This document shows, piece by piece, positions 1 through 25,690 of a stretch of 64,000 nucleotides of DNA. The DNA lies in assembly GCF_009914755.1 (NCBI RefSeq), contig NC_060925.1. One strand, written 5' to 3'. The first letter of the stretch is position 1; each line of letters opens with the position of its first letter. A model generated the notes under the pieces. It did not search any database. It was not told where the DNA came from and worked only from the letters and a program-made list of their open reading frames with translations. Origin of the DNA: the human T2T-CHM13v2.0 reference genome, Homo sapiens. The translations under genes were made by a program, and so were the position numbers.

Positions 1-354
1 CACGGCGGGCTCCCGCTCCCCGGGAGTCACCCACAGCCGATTGGCAGCCACGTCCAGGGCCAGGAAGCCGTTGGCCACCAGGGCCGGCACTCCAGGACCC
101 AGCGGTACCACCTCACCGCGCTCCCGCAGGCCGCGCCAGGCGCGGGTGGCCGCCTCCAGGCAGGCAGACGGCTCGGCGGCGCCCGGCTCACCGCGGGACC
201 AGGGCAGCAGGTGCAGGCCGCCCGCCGCCCGCCGCGCGCCGGACCCCCCAAACCACAGAAGCAGCAGCAGGAGGCCAAGCAGGCAGAGGAGGCGGCGGGC
301 CCAGCTGCTCGACAGCAGTCCCGGCAGCCCCTTGAGCCGCTGCTGCAGCCACAT
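1..354 (-). CDS. KIAA2013: KIAA2013 first coding exon (5' part; continues beyond the window start)
   Basis: Reverse complement from CAT at 352-354 reads MWLQQRLKGLPGLLSSSWARRLLCLLGLLLLLLWFGGSGARR...LALDVAANRLWVTPGEREPAV. It is open to base 1 and has a hydrophobic signal/anchor segment; recognised as the KIAA2013 N-terminus. It is missing from the ORF track because there is no stop in the window. Confidence 0.93.
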   Translation of the reverse strand, partial: MWLQQRLKGLPGLLSSSWARRLLCLLGLLLLLLWFGGSGARRAAGGLHLLPWSRGEPGAAEPSACLEAATRAWRGLRERGEVVPLGPGVPALVANGFLALDVAANRLWVTPGEREPAV

Positions 355-800
355 CGGGCCGCCAGGCGCGGGCAAGGGTGCGAGGGCGGCCGCCGGGCCC
401 GCCGCCCAGCCCACCGGCCCGGCCGCCCGCGCCTCACTGCCCGGCCCGGACCGCGGCGCCCACCCCGGCCCCCGCCGCAACCGCCGCAGCAGCCGCCACC
501 CCTGCTTCCTCCTTCTTCTCGGTGGCCTCCAGCCGTCAAACGACGCCGGCGGTCAAGCGTCGCCGTGTCTTTTACGACAGATGGAAAACGGGAGGGCGGA
601 GGGAGGAGAGAGAGGCAGGCCGGAGAGAAGGGGGCGGAGCCACGGCGAGGGCGGGACAAAAGCTGCCGGGGGCGGGACCACTCGTTCCCAGGCCGGAAGA
701 GTGAAGTCCAGTGGAGTTAAGTGCAGGGGTCTGGGGAGGACTGGAAGCATCCAATTCACTCGTGAAAAAAACATCGAGCCAGCCAAACCGAACACGTGTT
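1..800 (-). promoter_or_regulatory. KIAA2013: CpG island / 5'UTR and promoter of KIAA2013
   Basis: Very GC- and CpG-rich; GC boxes (GGGCGG at ~594, ~632, ~649, ~670), ETS motif CCGGAAG 693-699, palindromic E-box AACACGTGTT 791-800. Confidence 0.8.
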
Positions 801-900
801 GGGCCCCTTTGCTACTGATGGATTCAACAGCCCCAAAATTTAAAAACATACACACACACACACACAACAACTTTGTTTCTGTAAAAATGACCATCCTCTC

Positions 901-1989
<1,089 letters not shown>

Positions 1990-2440
1990 CTAGACTTCCC
2001 CAAAAATATTTTGTTAACAGACCTGTCTAGCTGCATGCACACCACACGTGGACACAAATCCAGCCAAGGGCCATCAATGTCTCCACTACACCAAATCGTC
2101 TTCTTGATGTCAGTCCTAAGTTTTAACTTATTAAATAACATAAGACACTAACGTCTCATACTTTGAAAATGGCTTTAAATTGTGAATCATCGATGCAAAA
2201 GATAAATATTGCTTTGTATTTTGGGAAAAAAATTCAATATAAGCACAGAGGCAGACAATGGGTGATTGTTTCCACTTTGGTTTCAGTACATTCCAAAGCC
2301 AGACAGTGCTTCCCAGTTGTTGGAAATTAAACGGTCATTTGAGGTGGCCTCTGGTGGGCTGTGAGCAGACACAGAAATGTTTGCTGAGGCCAGTGCCCTT
2401 TAGAAGGAACTGTCCAGGTGGTCCTACAGTCTGCTTACCA

Positions 2441-8212
<5,772 letters not shown>

Positions 8213-8559
8213 TCAGAGGTTTGCCTCCCAGGGACACAAAGGGAGATCAAGTGATTGCCTTTTGGGGAGAGTGGAGACGGGCTTCCTGCATTTCCAGTGC
8301 CTGGGTGGGCCACGTAGGGGTGTCCGTGTCTCTGAACGCATCCGTGCCCACCCTCACCCCTTGGGTTTTGGGAAGGACTAATGAAATCATGAAAACTGAC
8401 TTCCTTGGGGCTTGACCTGGGGCTGCTCTAAGTGCGCTACAGGTAACGCCATTAACCCGTGCAAGACCCAATGAACAGACGCTATCATAAGCCCCACTTT
8501 TCAGGCGAGCAAACAGGGGCTCGTGGCTATCGATGCCATGGAGCCTTGGCCCAGAACCT

Positions 8560-9118
<559 letters not shown>

Positions 9119-9627
9119 TGACTTGAACAAATCACTTCCCCTCTTGGGGCTGCGGTTCCTGCTTCGGGAAGGAAAGGGTGACAGCTGAGTCCCATTCAGC
9201 ACAGAAAGGCTCAAATAATAATAGTTTTCATAATAATAACCGACAATGGCTATTCTGCCCAGTGCTCACTATGGGCCAGGCATCAGTTAGGCATGATTGC
9301 TACCCTGGTAAGTGTTTCCTTCTATTATCCCCGTTTTCCAGCTGGGCAAACTGAGGCTCCAGAGTTCATTCACTTGCCCAAGATCATACAACTTGTGGGC
9401 CTTGGAACCAGGATTTACCCCACCCACCCAGGTGTCTGGTTCCAGAGCCAGGAGGCCTCATGACCATGGGAATGAGGGGTCTTGAGGGGGACAGGGGAGG
9501 AATGGGGGTAGAAGGTGTGGCTCACTTTGTGGATAAGTTTGTGCTTTCATCCATGTCCCCTGTGGTCTGCTTAGCCCCTGCCAGGGTGGTCTTCCTCTCT
9601 GCAGTTTATTTTTTTTATTTTACTTAA

Positions 9628-9927
<300 letters not shown>

Positions 9928-10574
9928 TGAGATGGGGTTTCACCATGCTGGCCAGGCTGGTCTTGAACTTCTGACCTCTTGATCCGCTGGCCTCAGCCTC
10001 CCAAAATGTTTGGATTACAGGCGTGAGCCATCGCGCCCGGCCGGTTCAAGCGACTCCTGTACCTCAGCCTCCCAGGTAGGTGGGATCACAGACATGTGCC
10101 ACCATGCCCAGCTAATTTTTGTATTTTTGGTGGAGATGGGGTTTCACCATGTTGGCCAGGCTGGTCTTGAACTCTTGACCTCAGGTGATCAGCCCACCTT
10201 GGTCTCCCAAAGTGTTGGGATTACAGGCGTGAGCCACCACACCTGGCCCTCTCTGCAGTTTATACTTGAGGAAACTGAGGCCCAGACAGGTGAAGTGACT
10301 GTCCAGGGTGGTCCAGACAGAGGTGGTTGGTCCGAGGTCAGCTGGGCTCCAGTCTAGCGCTCTTTCTACTTCCTCAAGGCAGATTGGATTGCAGTGTGTG
10401 CCCCACTGTCCTGAGTGGGTGCTTCCCTCCTCCCCAGCCCTCCCTGGCATGGGCCATCTCCAGGGCTGTCCCGAGAAGGGCATAGACTGCGGACAGTCCC
10501 AGCAAAGCCAAGCAGAAGTGGCGGTACTTTCCATGGCATTCTCCTCCTTCAGCTTACCCTCCTGGAGAACCTGA

Positions 10575-11283
<709 letters not shown>

Positions 11284-11916
11284 TGAGTACCTCCCTCGGA
11301 CCAGGTTGTGCCCAAGGCCCCACGTCTCCCAGTGGTAAAGCCGGCGGTGCTTGCTCTCTGTGAGGCTTGGTGTTCTAGCCTGCAAGACCCGGTGATACTA
11401 CCTCACGCCTGGAGCTCTAACAAGAATTCCAGGGGATGAAGTTGGGGAGAGTTCAGCTCAATGCCTGGCCCATGAAAGGCCCTCGGCAAAGGGCATTTTC
11501 TCTCCCAGTCCCAGGGCTGCTGGCTTACAGCAGGGCAGTAAGACAGCTCAGAAAGTCCAGTGATGGAAACGCTGACCACCGGGCTGTGCAAAGGGCTCTC
11601 GGCCTGGGTCCCCTCACTGGCCAGGAGCCCTGTTGTGGCCTAGTTTTCTGGGCCTTTGATCCCCCTGCTTCTGCTGACATGGGGTGCCTGCATCCCAGAC
11701 CATCCCAGGAGAGAAACCGCAGCTGCCCATGATGAAGCCCGGTGAGTTGAATTGAAGAGGGACCAGACTGATGACAGGGCGTTAGGCACCCTGATCCCCA
11801 GCAAGTGACAGGAGGAGGGCAGAGCAGATCCAAGGAAGCCTTCACAGAGGGTGCTGCTATGGGCGGAGGACAGGATCAGTGTGCTACTGAGGTAACCCAG
11901 GTAGAGCACCTGGTAG

Positions 11917-12424
<508 letters not shown>

Positions 12425-13772
12425 TGAGGTCCTGGTAGGTTAAACATCTGGTCTCTCATTGCCAGAGCTGGTTGGAGGTGGGGTCATTGTCTGGAACTCA
12501 GACCTACTGTTCATTTCTGCACCTCTGGACGGGAAGGGGGTGCTGTTGCCTGGAAATGCTGCCTGGGGGAGCCTGCTCAGCTCCCCCAGACCCAGCTGAG
12601 GTGTGACCTTTAGCCAGCTGGACAGGAGGACAGAGTGGGTTGCTCATCTTCCCTGCAGGTCTTGCCTGAGCATCCCACTGACTAGTGTGTGTGTTTGGTG
12701 GGGGGTACCCCAGCAGCCCCCAAAGAGGCCAGCTCTTCCCTTTCCCTGGCAGATGGATGGGAGGAGGCAGCTACTGAGGTGGATTCAGCTGGAGTAGGGA
12801 AGGGGATTTGCTGTGGAGTCTCGGGGAGTGAGATGGGTGGGGTGCTGTCAGCAGCTTGTCTGTCCCCTCACCCAAAACGCATGGCCTTGGTGCATGGAGA
12901 GAAACATGGACCGTTTTCACTTTTGGGGGCTCCCAATGAGAGGGGGGTACAGAGCACCTCACTTCAGTAGACACCCCACGTCTGAGGGAAGAGATGTTGC
13001 GCCATCCTGGGGGGGCTTCCAGAACAAGATGGGAGACACAAGAAGGCTTCAACAAAGCAATATCTTCCATCACAGGGAACTGGGAGAATAAAAGGCAACA
13101 TCCAAACAGGCAGATATCCCTAGAGCCGAGGTCAGATGTCCCACAGCCCTTCCTCCCGTTTGTAGAAACTTCTAGCAGATCTCCAGCTCCTGCCTTTCCC
13201 TGTGGGCCTTGATTTGGCCGTGGTGAGAGAAGGACAGCTGCAGAGATCAGAGGCTCAGCTGGCCGTTCAGGTCATGCTGTTCCCTACTAGAGAACAGAAG
13301 GGTCCCAGGAGTCAGTCAGGCTGCACTGGATGGTGTGGGGGTGGGGCCGGGTCTGGGGAGACCTAAGTGGGCAGCTGGCCCCGGGGAGGCTAAGGTTGGC
13401 TCCCACGTGCAGGGCATCCCAAGCTCCTGCCAGACCCTGTTCCTGGCTTCAGTTCAAGCCTGGGGTGGGGATGAAGGATGGGGGAGGGGAGAGGGCGGAA
13501 GGGCTTCATTCATTCCCGCCTCCCCAGGGAGCAGACTGGGTGTGTCATGACTGTGCCTTGACTCAGGCCACACAGTGACCACCCACGCCTTGGGCTGGGA
13601 CTGCTTGGGGAGGAGGGGGCATCCGGTGGCACAGTCAAACCAGGGGTGCCCAGAGGTCCCATTCTTCCAGGAGCTCATCACATACGCACACCCCAACCAA
13701 GCCCTCACCGTCAGTCTCTCCACATCATTCTTTTTCTTTTTCTTTTTTTGAGATGGAGTCTCGCTCACCTAG

Positions 13773-13964
<192 letters not shown>

Positions 13965-15619
13965 TGATCCACCCGCCTTGGCCTCCCAAAGTGCTAGGAT
14001 TACAGGTGTGAGCCACCGCACACATCATTCTTCTCTTAAAAGTTTTTCTAAATTTTATTTTTTTGTACAGACAGGGTCTCACTGTGTTGCCCCGGCTGGT
14101 CTTGAACCCTCAGGCTCAAGTGATCATCCCCACCTTGGCCCCCCAAAGACCGGGATTACAGGTGTGAGCCACTGCACCTGGCTAATTCCTGTGGCCCAGT
14201 AGCATGACTATAGCTCACTGCAGCCTTCACCTCCTGGGCTCAAGCAATCCTCCTGCCTCAGCTTCCTGAGTAGCTGGGCCTAGAGGTGCGTGCCACCATG
14301 TCTGGCTAATTTTTTAATTTTTTGTAGAGACAGGGTCTCACTTTGTTGCACAGGTTGGTCTTGAACTCAGGGCCTCAAATAAGCCTCCTGCCTTGGTCTC
14401 CCTAAGTGTTGACATTACAGGTGTGAGCCACCCCACCCTCTGCATCATTCTTGCTCTCAGGAAGGCAGCTCCCCTTTATTCCTGACCCCCAGGGCAGCAT
14501 CTACCAAGACACAGCTCCCCTTTAGGGGAGGCACCCTGTCGCCAGAACCCCCCCGCAGCTACCAAGGCAGGCACTGTGCCAAGCGCTTTACGGCATTGGC
14601 TCATTGAATCCTCATGAAAGTCTCTGGAGGGAGGTACTATCATCTGTATTATTCCCATTTTACAGATGAGAAAACTGAGGCACGGAGAGGCTAAATTCCC
14701 TGCCCAGCAATCTGTCTTTAGCACCCTCTCTGTTGTATCTCATTGATTTCTGCTGATCCTGGATCACGGGTTCATCTGGGGAAGTCATTGCTGGACTTTG
14801 GGCAGTAGGTGGGGAGGGCTGAGAGCTCTGGGTGCCAGGCCTTGGCCTTAGCCCAAGGCAGCTGGCTGGACCAGACAGAAAGCAGATGGGAGGGGCCTTG
14901 GTACTCGAAAATGAATCTTCCACATCCATGCCTTAAGGGTTTCTCTGGCCTGGCCTAACAGTGAGCTGGGAAAAGACCTCACCACGTGACTGCAGTTGGG
15001 TGCTTGTGCTGCAGAGGCCAGAGAGAAGGCACTGGAAGCGCTGGCTTTTGTCTGCAGCCAGGAGTCTGGCATCTTAGGATGTTGGGCTCTTGGACAGGGA
15101 AATGAAGACAAGAGCATGGGCATTTAGAATTCCAACTCATTCCCATTTCACCTAAAGGTTCTGTGACTTTGGGTCAGGTATTTAGCCTCTCTGTGCCTCG
15201 GTTTCCTCACCCGAAGAAGCAGTGATAAAAATATCACCTTCCTCGTAGAGTGTTGACCGTGAAATAAGATAATGAATGTAACATGCCTCATACAGCACAC
15301 GGTATCTCACCGGGTTCAGTGGTGGTAGCTGTTCCTAAAAGTACTTTGTTTGTTTGTTTTGTTTTTTGTTTTTTGTTTTTGAGAGGGAGACTTGCTCTGT
15401 CACCCAGGCTAGAGTGCAGTGGCACCACAAAAGTACAAAAGTACCTTCCATGTTGCTGCTTTTTTTTTTGAGACAGAGTTTCACTCTGTCACCCGGGCTG
15501 GGGTGCAGTGGCACAATCTTGGCTCACTGCAACCTCTGCCTCCTGGTTTCAAGTGATTCTCCTGCCTTAGTCTCCTAAGTAGCTGGGATTATTATTATTA
15601 TTATTATTATTATTTTTGA

Positions 15620-15727
<108 letters not shown>

Positions 15728-16033
15728 TAGCAGGGATTATAGGCGCCTGCCACCATGCCCAGCTAAATTTTTTTTGTATTTTTAGTAGAGACGGGGTTTC
15801 ATCACATTGGTTAGGCTGGTCTCAAACTCCTGACCTCAGGTGATCCGCCCGCCTAGGCCTCTCAAAGTGCTAGGATAACAGGCGTGAGCCACCGCGCCCG
15901 GACTAGTAGCTGGGATTACATGCACCACCGTATAACTTGCAGTATGTAATATGCACCACTGCCTGGCTAATTTTTGTATTTTTAGTAGAGACGGGGTTTT
16001 GCCATGTTGGCCAGGTGGGACTTGAATTCCTGA

Positions 16034-16339
<306 letters not shown>

Positions 16340-17377
16340 TGATCTGCCTGCCTCAGCTTCCCCTCACTTCCCAAAGTGCTGGGATTACAGGTGTGAGCCA
16401 CTGTGTCAGGCCTCACGTAGCTGCTTAAGGCCAGAATGTACAGTGTGTCTTGGTCATGCCCAGTCCCAGCCATGGTGAGGGAGAGGGAGACCAAGGAAAT
16501 AAAGATGTGGCCCTGGCCTGGCAGAGGGAGAAGGAGCAGGTTTGTACCAATACGTCAACTACTGGGCAAACCAAGACTGCACGTGCAAAGGAGTGACCAC
16601 ATGGGATGAGATTAAGGAGGGCTTCCTGGAGGAGGTAGACTGGAGGCCTCTTTAGGGGAAGGAATGTGTGTTGCAGACAGGTCAAGGGAATGGGGTGCAG
16701 GCTGGGTTTACTGAGGCTGTTTCCTTGGGGATGTTAGGAGGTCATGCCAGGGTCTCTTGTTGGAGGGCTTGCCTTCAGTTCTCTTGTTGTGAACCGCCTC
16801 CCAGACCCCTGCATTGCAGCCCAGTGTCAGCGGACCAAGGGGATGGATTGGACCAGTGATTCCCAAATGTGGCTGACATCAGAAATCACCTGGGAAAGGT
16901 AGGAAAAATCCAGACTCCTGGGCCCACCTCAGACCCCTAGCCCTGGGGCCTAGGAGCCTGGATTCCACAACCTCTCTTGTGATGCTGATGTGTGGGCAGG
17001 TTTGGGACCCTCTGAACTGGACAATCACGTGGGATCCTCAACCAGAGAGGCAGGCTCTGCGTGGCCCAAGGAACCCGGGAGTTTTTTTTGTTTGTTTGGT
17101 TTTTTGTTTTTTGTTTTTGTTTTTGAGATGGAGACTTGCTCTGTCACCCAGGCTAGAGTGCAGTGGCATTATCTCGGCTCACTGCAATCTCTGCCCCCTG
17201 GGTTCAAGCAGTTCTCTGCCTCCACCTCCCGAGTAGCTGGGATTACAGGCTCCCGCCCACCACCATGCCTAGCTAATTTTTGTATTTTTAGTAAAGATGG
17301 GGTTTCACCATGTTGGCCAGGCTGGTCTTGAACTCCTGACCTCATGATCCACCTGCCTTGGCCTCCCAAAGTGCTAG

Positions 17378-17620
<243 letters not shown>

Positions 17621-18190
17621 TGACCAGGCTGCTCTCAAACTCCTGACCTCAGGTGATCCACCTGCCTCAGCCTCTCAAAGTGCTGCGATTACAGGCGTGA
17701 GTCACCACGCCTGGCCACGGAACCTGGGGGTTAAGGTCCCAGTGTGGGCTCTCAGCAGCACTGTTTCCCTGGAAAACAGGGAATAGACAGGTTATAGGGA
17801 GGAAAGTGGGCATGTGGGGAGGGCACAGCTAGACAGCTCCCTTACATAGATAGAGAGACAGGGCCCTCTCAACAGATGGCCTGGCCACCGTCCCTGGCTG
17901 GGCAGTGCATGCATTTAGGTTAAGAGAGGAGACTCTGGGTTCAGGCTTGTGTCCAAGTCCTGGTGCTGCTGCTTCCTAGCTCCCTTGGGCACATTACTCG
18001 CCAGCTGTACCCTTGGTTTCCTAACTGGAAAGTCGGGGGTTAGTATGTGTGAAGTGCTTGGAACAGCATTGGCTGGGCACGGTGGCTCATGCCTGTAATC
18101 CAGCACTTTGGGAAGCTGAGGCAGGCAGATCACCTGAGGTCATGAGTTTGCGACCAGCCTGGCCAACATGGTGAAACCCCATCTCTACTA

Positions 18191-18496
<306 letters not shown>

Positions 18497-18539
18497 TCAA
18501 GAGCCTGTTCCATCAAGAATCCTGAATTGCGCATGCACG

Positions 18540-18542
<3 letters not shown>

Positions 18543-18578
<36 letters not shown>

Positions 18579-18582
18579 TCAC
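18543..18582 (+). repeat. (CA)n microsatellite
   Basis: acacacac... run directly visible. Confidence 0.95.
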
Positions 18583-18641
18583 ATGCTCTCACGCTGGCTT
18601 TTTCCATCCATGAAATGTGACACTCTTCCTGTCCCCAGCAG

Positions 18642-18782
18642 CCCCCTGTTGCCAAGAGGGCCTCAGAGCTGGTGGCTCTGGTTCTCTTCACCTGGGGAGA
18701 GACTTCACCGTCCTGGCAGGAGCTCGGGGGAGCCCTTCCCCAAGTGTGAGCAGCATCCCTCGTTTCTGGATCCCAGGTTCAG
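18642..18782 (+). CDS. PLOD1: PLOD1 alternative in-frame cassette exon in intron 1 (47 aa)
   Basis: Pyrimidine tract plus cagcag acceptor; 141 nt, phase 1-1, stop-free APCCQEGLRAGGSGSLHLGRDFTVLAGARGSPSPSVSSIPRFWIPGS; donor CAG|gtagtg. It matches my recollection of the longer (774 aa) annotated PLOD1 isoform. Confidence 0.8.
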
Positions 18783-19600
18783 GTAGTGAGGCCTCTCCTT
18801 CCCACACCTGCCTGGTGTATCCACCCCCTCCTCCCCCAGCACCGCAGCTAATCCCTGCCAATCCCTGCTGGGCCGCCTGGCGCCAGCCCTCTGCCCTGGG
18901 GCCAGCTCCCTGCCCCGGCTACCCCTGCCCCAGCTACCCCTGCCCCGCCAGCTCTGGCAAGCCAGGCCCCTTTGTTCCTACAGTCTAGGTTCCTCCTGAC
19001 TTCCTGAGGTGGTGGGAGGGGAGGGCCTTACCTGCCTGCTGTCAATCTGGCCACCAGGTGAGAAGTGTAAGCTGCAGACCCTCAGGGAGCTAAGACTCAC
19101 CCAGGGAAACAATGATGAGCACTGCAGTGTGGGTCTTGCCTCTGTGGCTTGGAGGCCAGAGAGGGCAGGAGAAATCCGAGAAGGCTTCATAGAGGTGGAA
19201 GGGACGTCATTGTCACTGGCCCTGGGACCTGGAGGAAGGTTAGAGAAAGGAGACACAGGCCGGGTGTGGTGGCTCACGCCTGTAATCCCAGCACTTTGGG
19301 AGGCCAAGGTGCGCAGATTGGTTGAGGCTGGGAGTTCCAGACCAGCCTGAGTAACATGGTGAAACCTCATCTCCACTAAAAAATTTAGCTGGGCTTGGTG
19401 GGGTGCACCTGCAGTCCCTCCCAGCTACCTGGGAGGCTAAGGTGGGAGGATCACCTGAGTGCAGGAAGTCAAGGTTGCAGTGAGCCATGAGCCATGATTG
19501 TGCCTCTGCACTCCAGCCTGGGCAACGGGAGTGAGATTGGGTCTCAAAAAAAAAAACCCAAAAAACAAAAACAAGAAAGGGGACACAGAGGGAGCCATGG

Positions 19601-19672
19601 TCCCTTGCATGGGAGGTCCCTTGCATGGGAGGTCCCTTGCATGGTCCCTTGCATGATCCCTTGCATGGGAGG
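19601..19672 (+). repeat. Minisatellite: five copies of TCCCTTGCATG (16/16/12/12/16 bp units)
   Basis: Units start at 19601, 19617, 19633, 19645 and 19657. Confidence 0.95.
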
Positions 19673-19765
19673 AACCCAGCAAGGAGAGACCCCCTCCAGT
19701 TGGAGGAGGGCCTGCATGATGGAGAGGGATGAGTATATCACCCGCCAGATCAGAGAGGGCCTTGA

Positions 19766-20165
<400 letters not shown>

Positions 20166-20874
20166 TAAAGATTTTACATGCCTGATCTCATTTAATTACT
20201 CCAGCAGCCCTGAGAAGTAGGTACTATTATTATCCCTGCTTTCCAAGGGGGAAACTGAGTCTCAGAAGGGCTAGGGACTTGCCCCAGGTCACATGGCTAT
20301 TAAGGAGCAGAGCTAGGATTCTAACCAGGCAGGCTAGCTCCAGACTCCTCGCTTCTCAGAGAACACAGCTTCAAAGTGTGCTCTGAGAGGGGCTTCCCCA
20401 GGGCTCCCTGAGATGCTCTCTGGGGAGTTATTTCCAGAAGATTCTGTTGCAGAGGCAGGCCACACTACAGAGCCTGGGAGAGGTTCCTTGTTAAAATTGT
20501 AGGAATGGCTGCCCTGGCCAAAGGTCAGCAGTGGACCAGTAGATTTCAAGTCAGTTTCCACTCTGGGCCGACTCATTGGTTCTAAGAGCCTCAAGCATGG
20601 TGTTGGGAGAATCTAGAGCCATGTGATACTCAGCAAGAAAGACTGTGAGATAGATTAGCAATGTCTGTCCTGGGTTAGGTATGGAGAGCAGGGACCTGTG
20701 AGCCATGTATTTGCTGTCCCTGGGCTAATTGTCTATCATTGGCCAGAGAGATCTTCCTGGTGGTCAGCATTCAGAGTAATCTTCCTTCCACACCCTCTAA
20801 AGCCAGAAACTCAGTCCTATAATGTAGGGTGTAGACACCTCTCCTGTCTACAGCACATGCTTCATGACATGTTG

Positions 20875-21880
<1,006 letters not shown>

Positions 21881-22095
21881 GGTCAGTTACTGGGTGGAGG
21901 GAGCCCTGGAGGAGACTCAGGAGACCTGGGTTATTTCCTGCTCTATCATCCTTTCTTCCCTGGGCCCTGTTCTGTAATGGGTTGACATGAAGACACTTCC
22001 TGCCAGAATTTGACAGGTCACTGGGAACAAAGACCTCCTCCCTGTCACCTCCCTCATCCTCCATTCCCATTCACCATACCCTCCTCTGTCTGCAG

Positions 22096-22187
22096 ACAAC
22101 CTTTTAGTCCTCACGGTGGCCACTAAGGAGACCGAGGGATTCCGTCGCTTCAAGCGCTCAGCTCAGTTCTTCAACTACAAGATCCAG
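22096..22187 (+). CDS. PLOD1: PLOD1 exon 2
   Basis: tgcag|AC; [31 protein letters not shown]; CAG|gtaagg. Confidence 0.97.
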
Positions 22188-22743
22188 GTAAGGGGTTTCC
22201 TGGGTGAGGCAGAGACAGTGAGGGGTGGCAGGAGGATCTAGGAGCTAGTGTCCTTTCCAAACTACCACGTCTCTTAAGATAGACTTGGGGCCACAGGGGA
22301 GGCTTCTGGAAGCCTGAAGGATGAAAATGAGTTAGTCGGGAATGGGAAGACACAGCAGAGGACACAGCATGAGTCTAGGGGGTGATGGAGAGGGAAAGAG
22401 TTGGCTAAAGAAATGCTCAGATGTTAGTGTGCAGGAGCCTCAGCTGAGAGGCTAGTTTAGAGGACAGGGCCTCGGGATCAGCATTTCCACAAGTACCACC
22501 CCGTAATTTGGGGATGGGCACGGTCTAGACATCTTCCCGGTATTATAAACACTGCTCTAAAGAAACATGAGTGGTCCCGCACAGGGGCTCACGCCTGTAT
22601 TCCCAGCACTTTGGGAGTCTGATGATCCACTGAGGTCAGGAGTTCGAGACCAGCCTGGCCAACATGGCGAAACCCCATCTCTACTAAAAATATAAAAAAA
22701 TTAGCTGGGCATGATGGCACGCACCTGTAATCCCAGCTGCTTA

Positions 22744-22923
<180 letters not shown>

Positions 22924-23299
22924 TCATCTGTGTGCAGTCCATGGGGCTGAGCCCTGCAGGGAGACGAGTATCCTGAGTGCTTCCTTATGTCAGGCACAAG
23001 GTTGGGCACTGGCAATAGGGTGATGGACAATACAGAACATGTCATTGCTTACACAGAGCTTGCAATCTAGTGGCATTAAGTCAGCAAGCAAGTGTATCAG
23101 CTCACATGAATGAGGGTTGCAGCAGAGGGTTGCTTCAGGCATGGCTGGATCCAGGGATTCAAGCAGCAAAGTGAGGGCCTTGTGTTTCCATCTCTAGGCC
23201 CTGTTTGTTTTAATCGTGGTGGCAAGATGACCACCAGCCACAGATTCATGTGCCCCAGTTTCTCAACTTCAGCAGAAGGAGACAGGCTTTCCTTTTTAG

Positions 23300-23677
<378 letters not shown>

Positions 23678-23823
23678 TAGAGGCATGTGCCACCACACGC
23701 CGCTAATTTTTGTGTTTTTAGTAGAGACAGGGTTTCGCCATGTTGGCCAGTCTGGTCTTGAATTCCTGACCTCAGGTGGTCCACACGTCTCGGCCTCCCA
23801 AAGTGCTGGGATTACCAGCATGA

Positions 23824-24027
<204 letters not shown>

Positions 24028-24198
24028 TAGGTGGGTCAGGGCTTCCTAGCCTGGGCCCCTCCGCGGAAGATAGAAGAATATTCTAAAATGAGGCCCTCCC
24101 AGAACATCGGGGAAGAAGGGGGACCACTCTAGCTAAGGTTGCCTAGTTTTAGGGTGTCCATTCCCGGTCTTAGTAAAGCCCATTCCCAGGCTTGGTGA

Positions 24199-25304
<1,106 letters not shown>

Positions 25305-25387
25305 TAGGAGCCTCCTTACTGCTCTGCCATTCCCTACCCTCATGCCCTTCCAGGCCATTCTCCATCCAGCAGCCAGAGGTGTCTTTA

Positions 25388-25690
<303 letters not shown>

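Noticed and set aside
15929-15955. Resemblance of ATAACTT...ATGTAATATGC to loxP
   Set aside because: No 13-bp inverted repeats or correct 8-bp spacer; coincidental.
19601-19672. Repeat array as a CRISPR-like locus
   Set aside because: No unique spacers, 12-16 bp units, eukaryotic context; a simple minisatellite.
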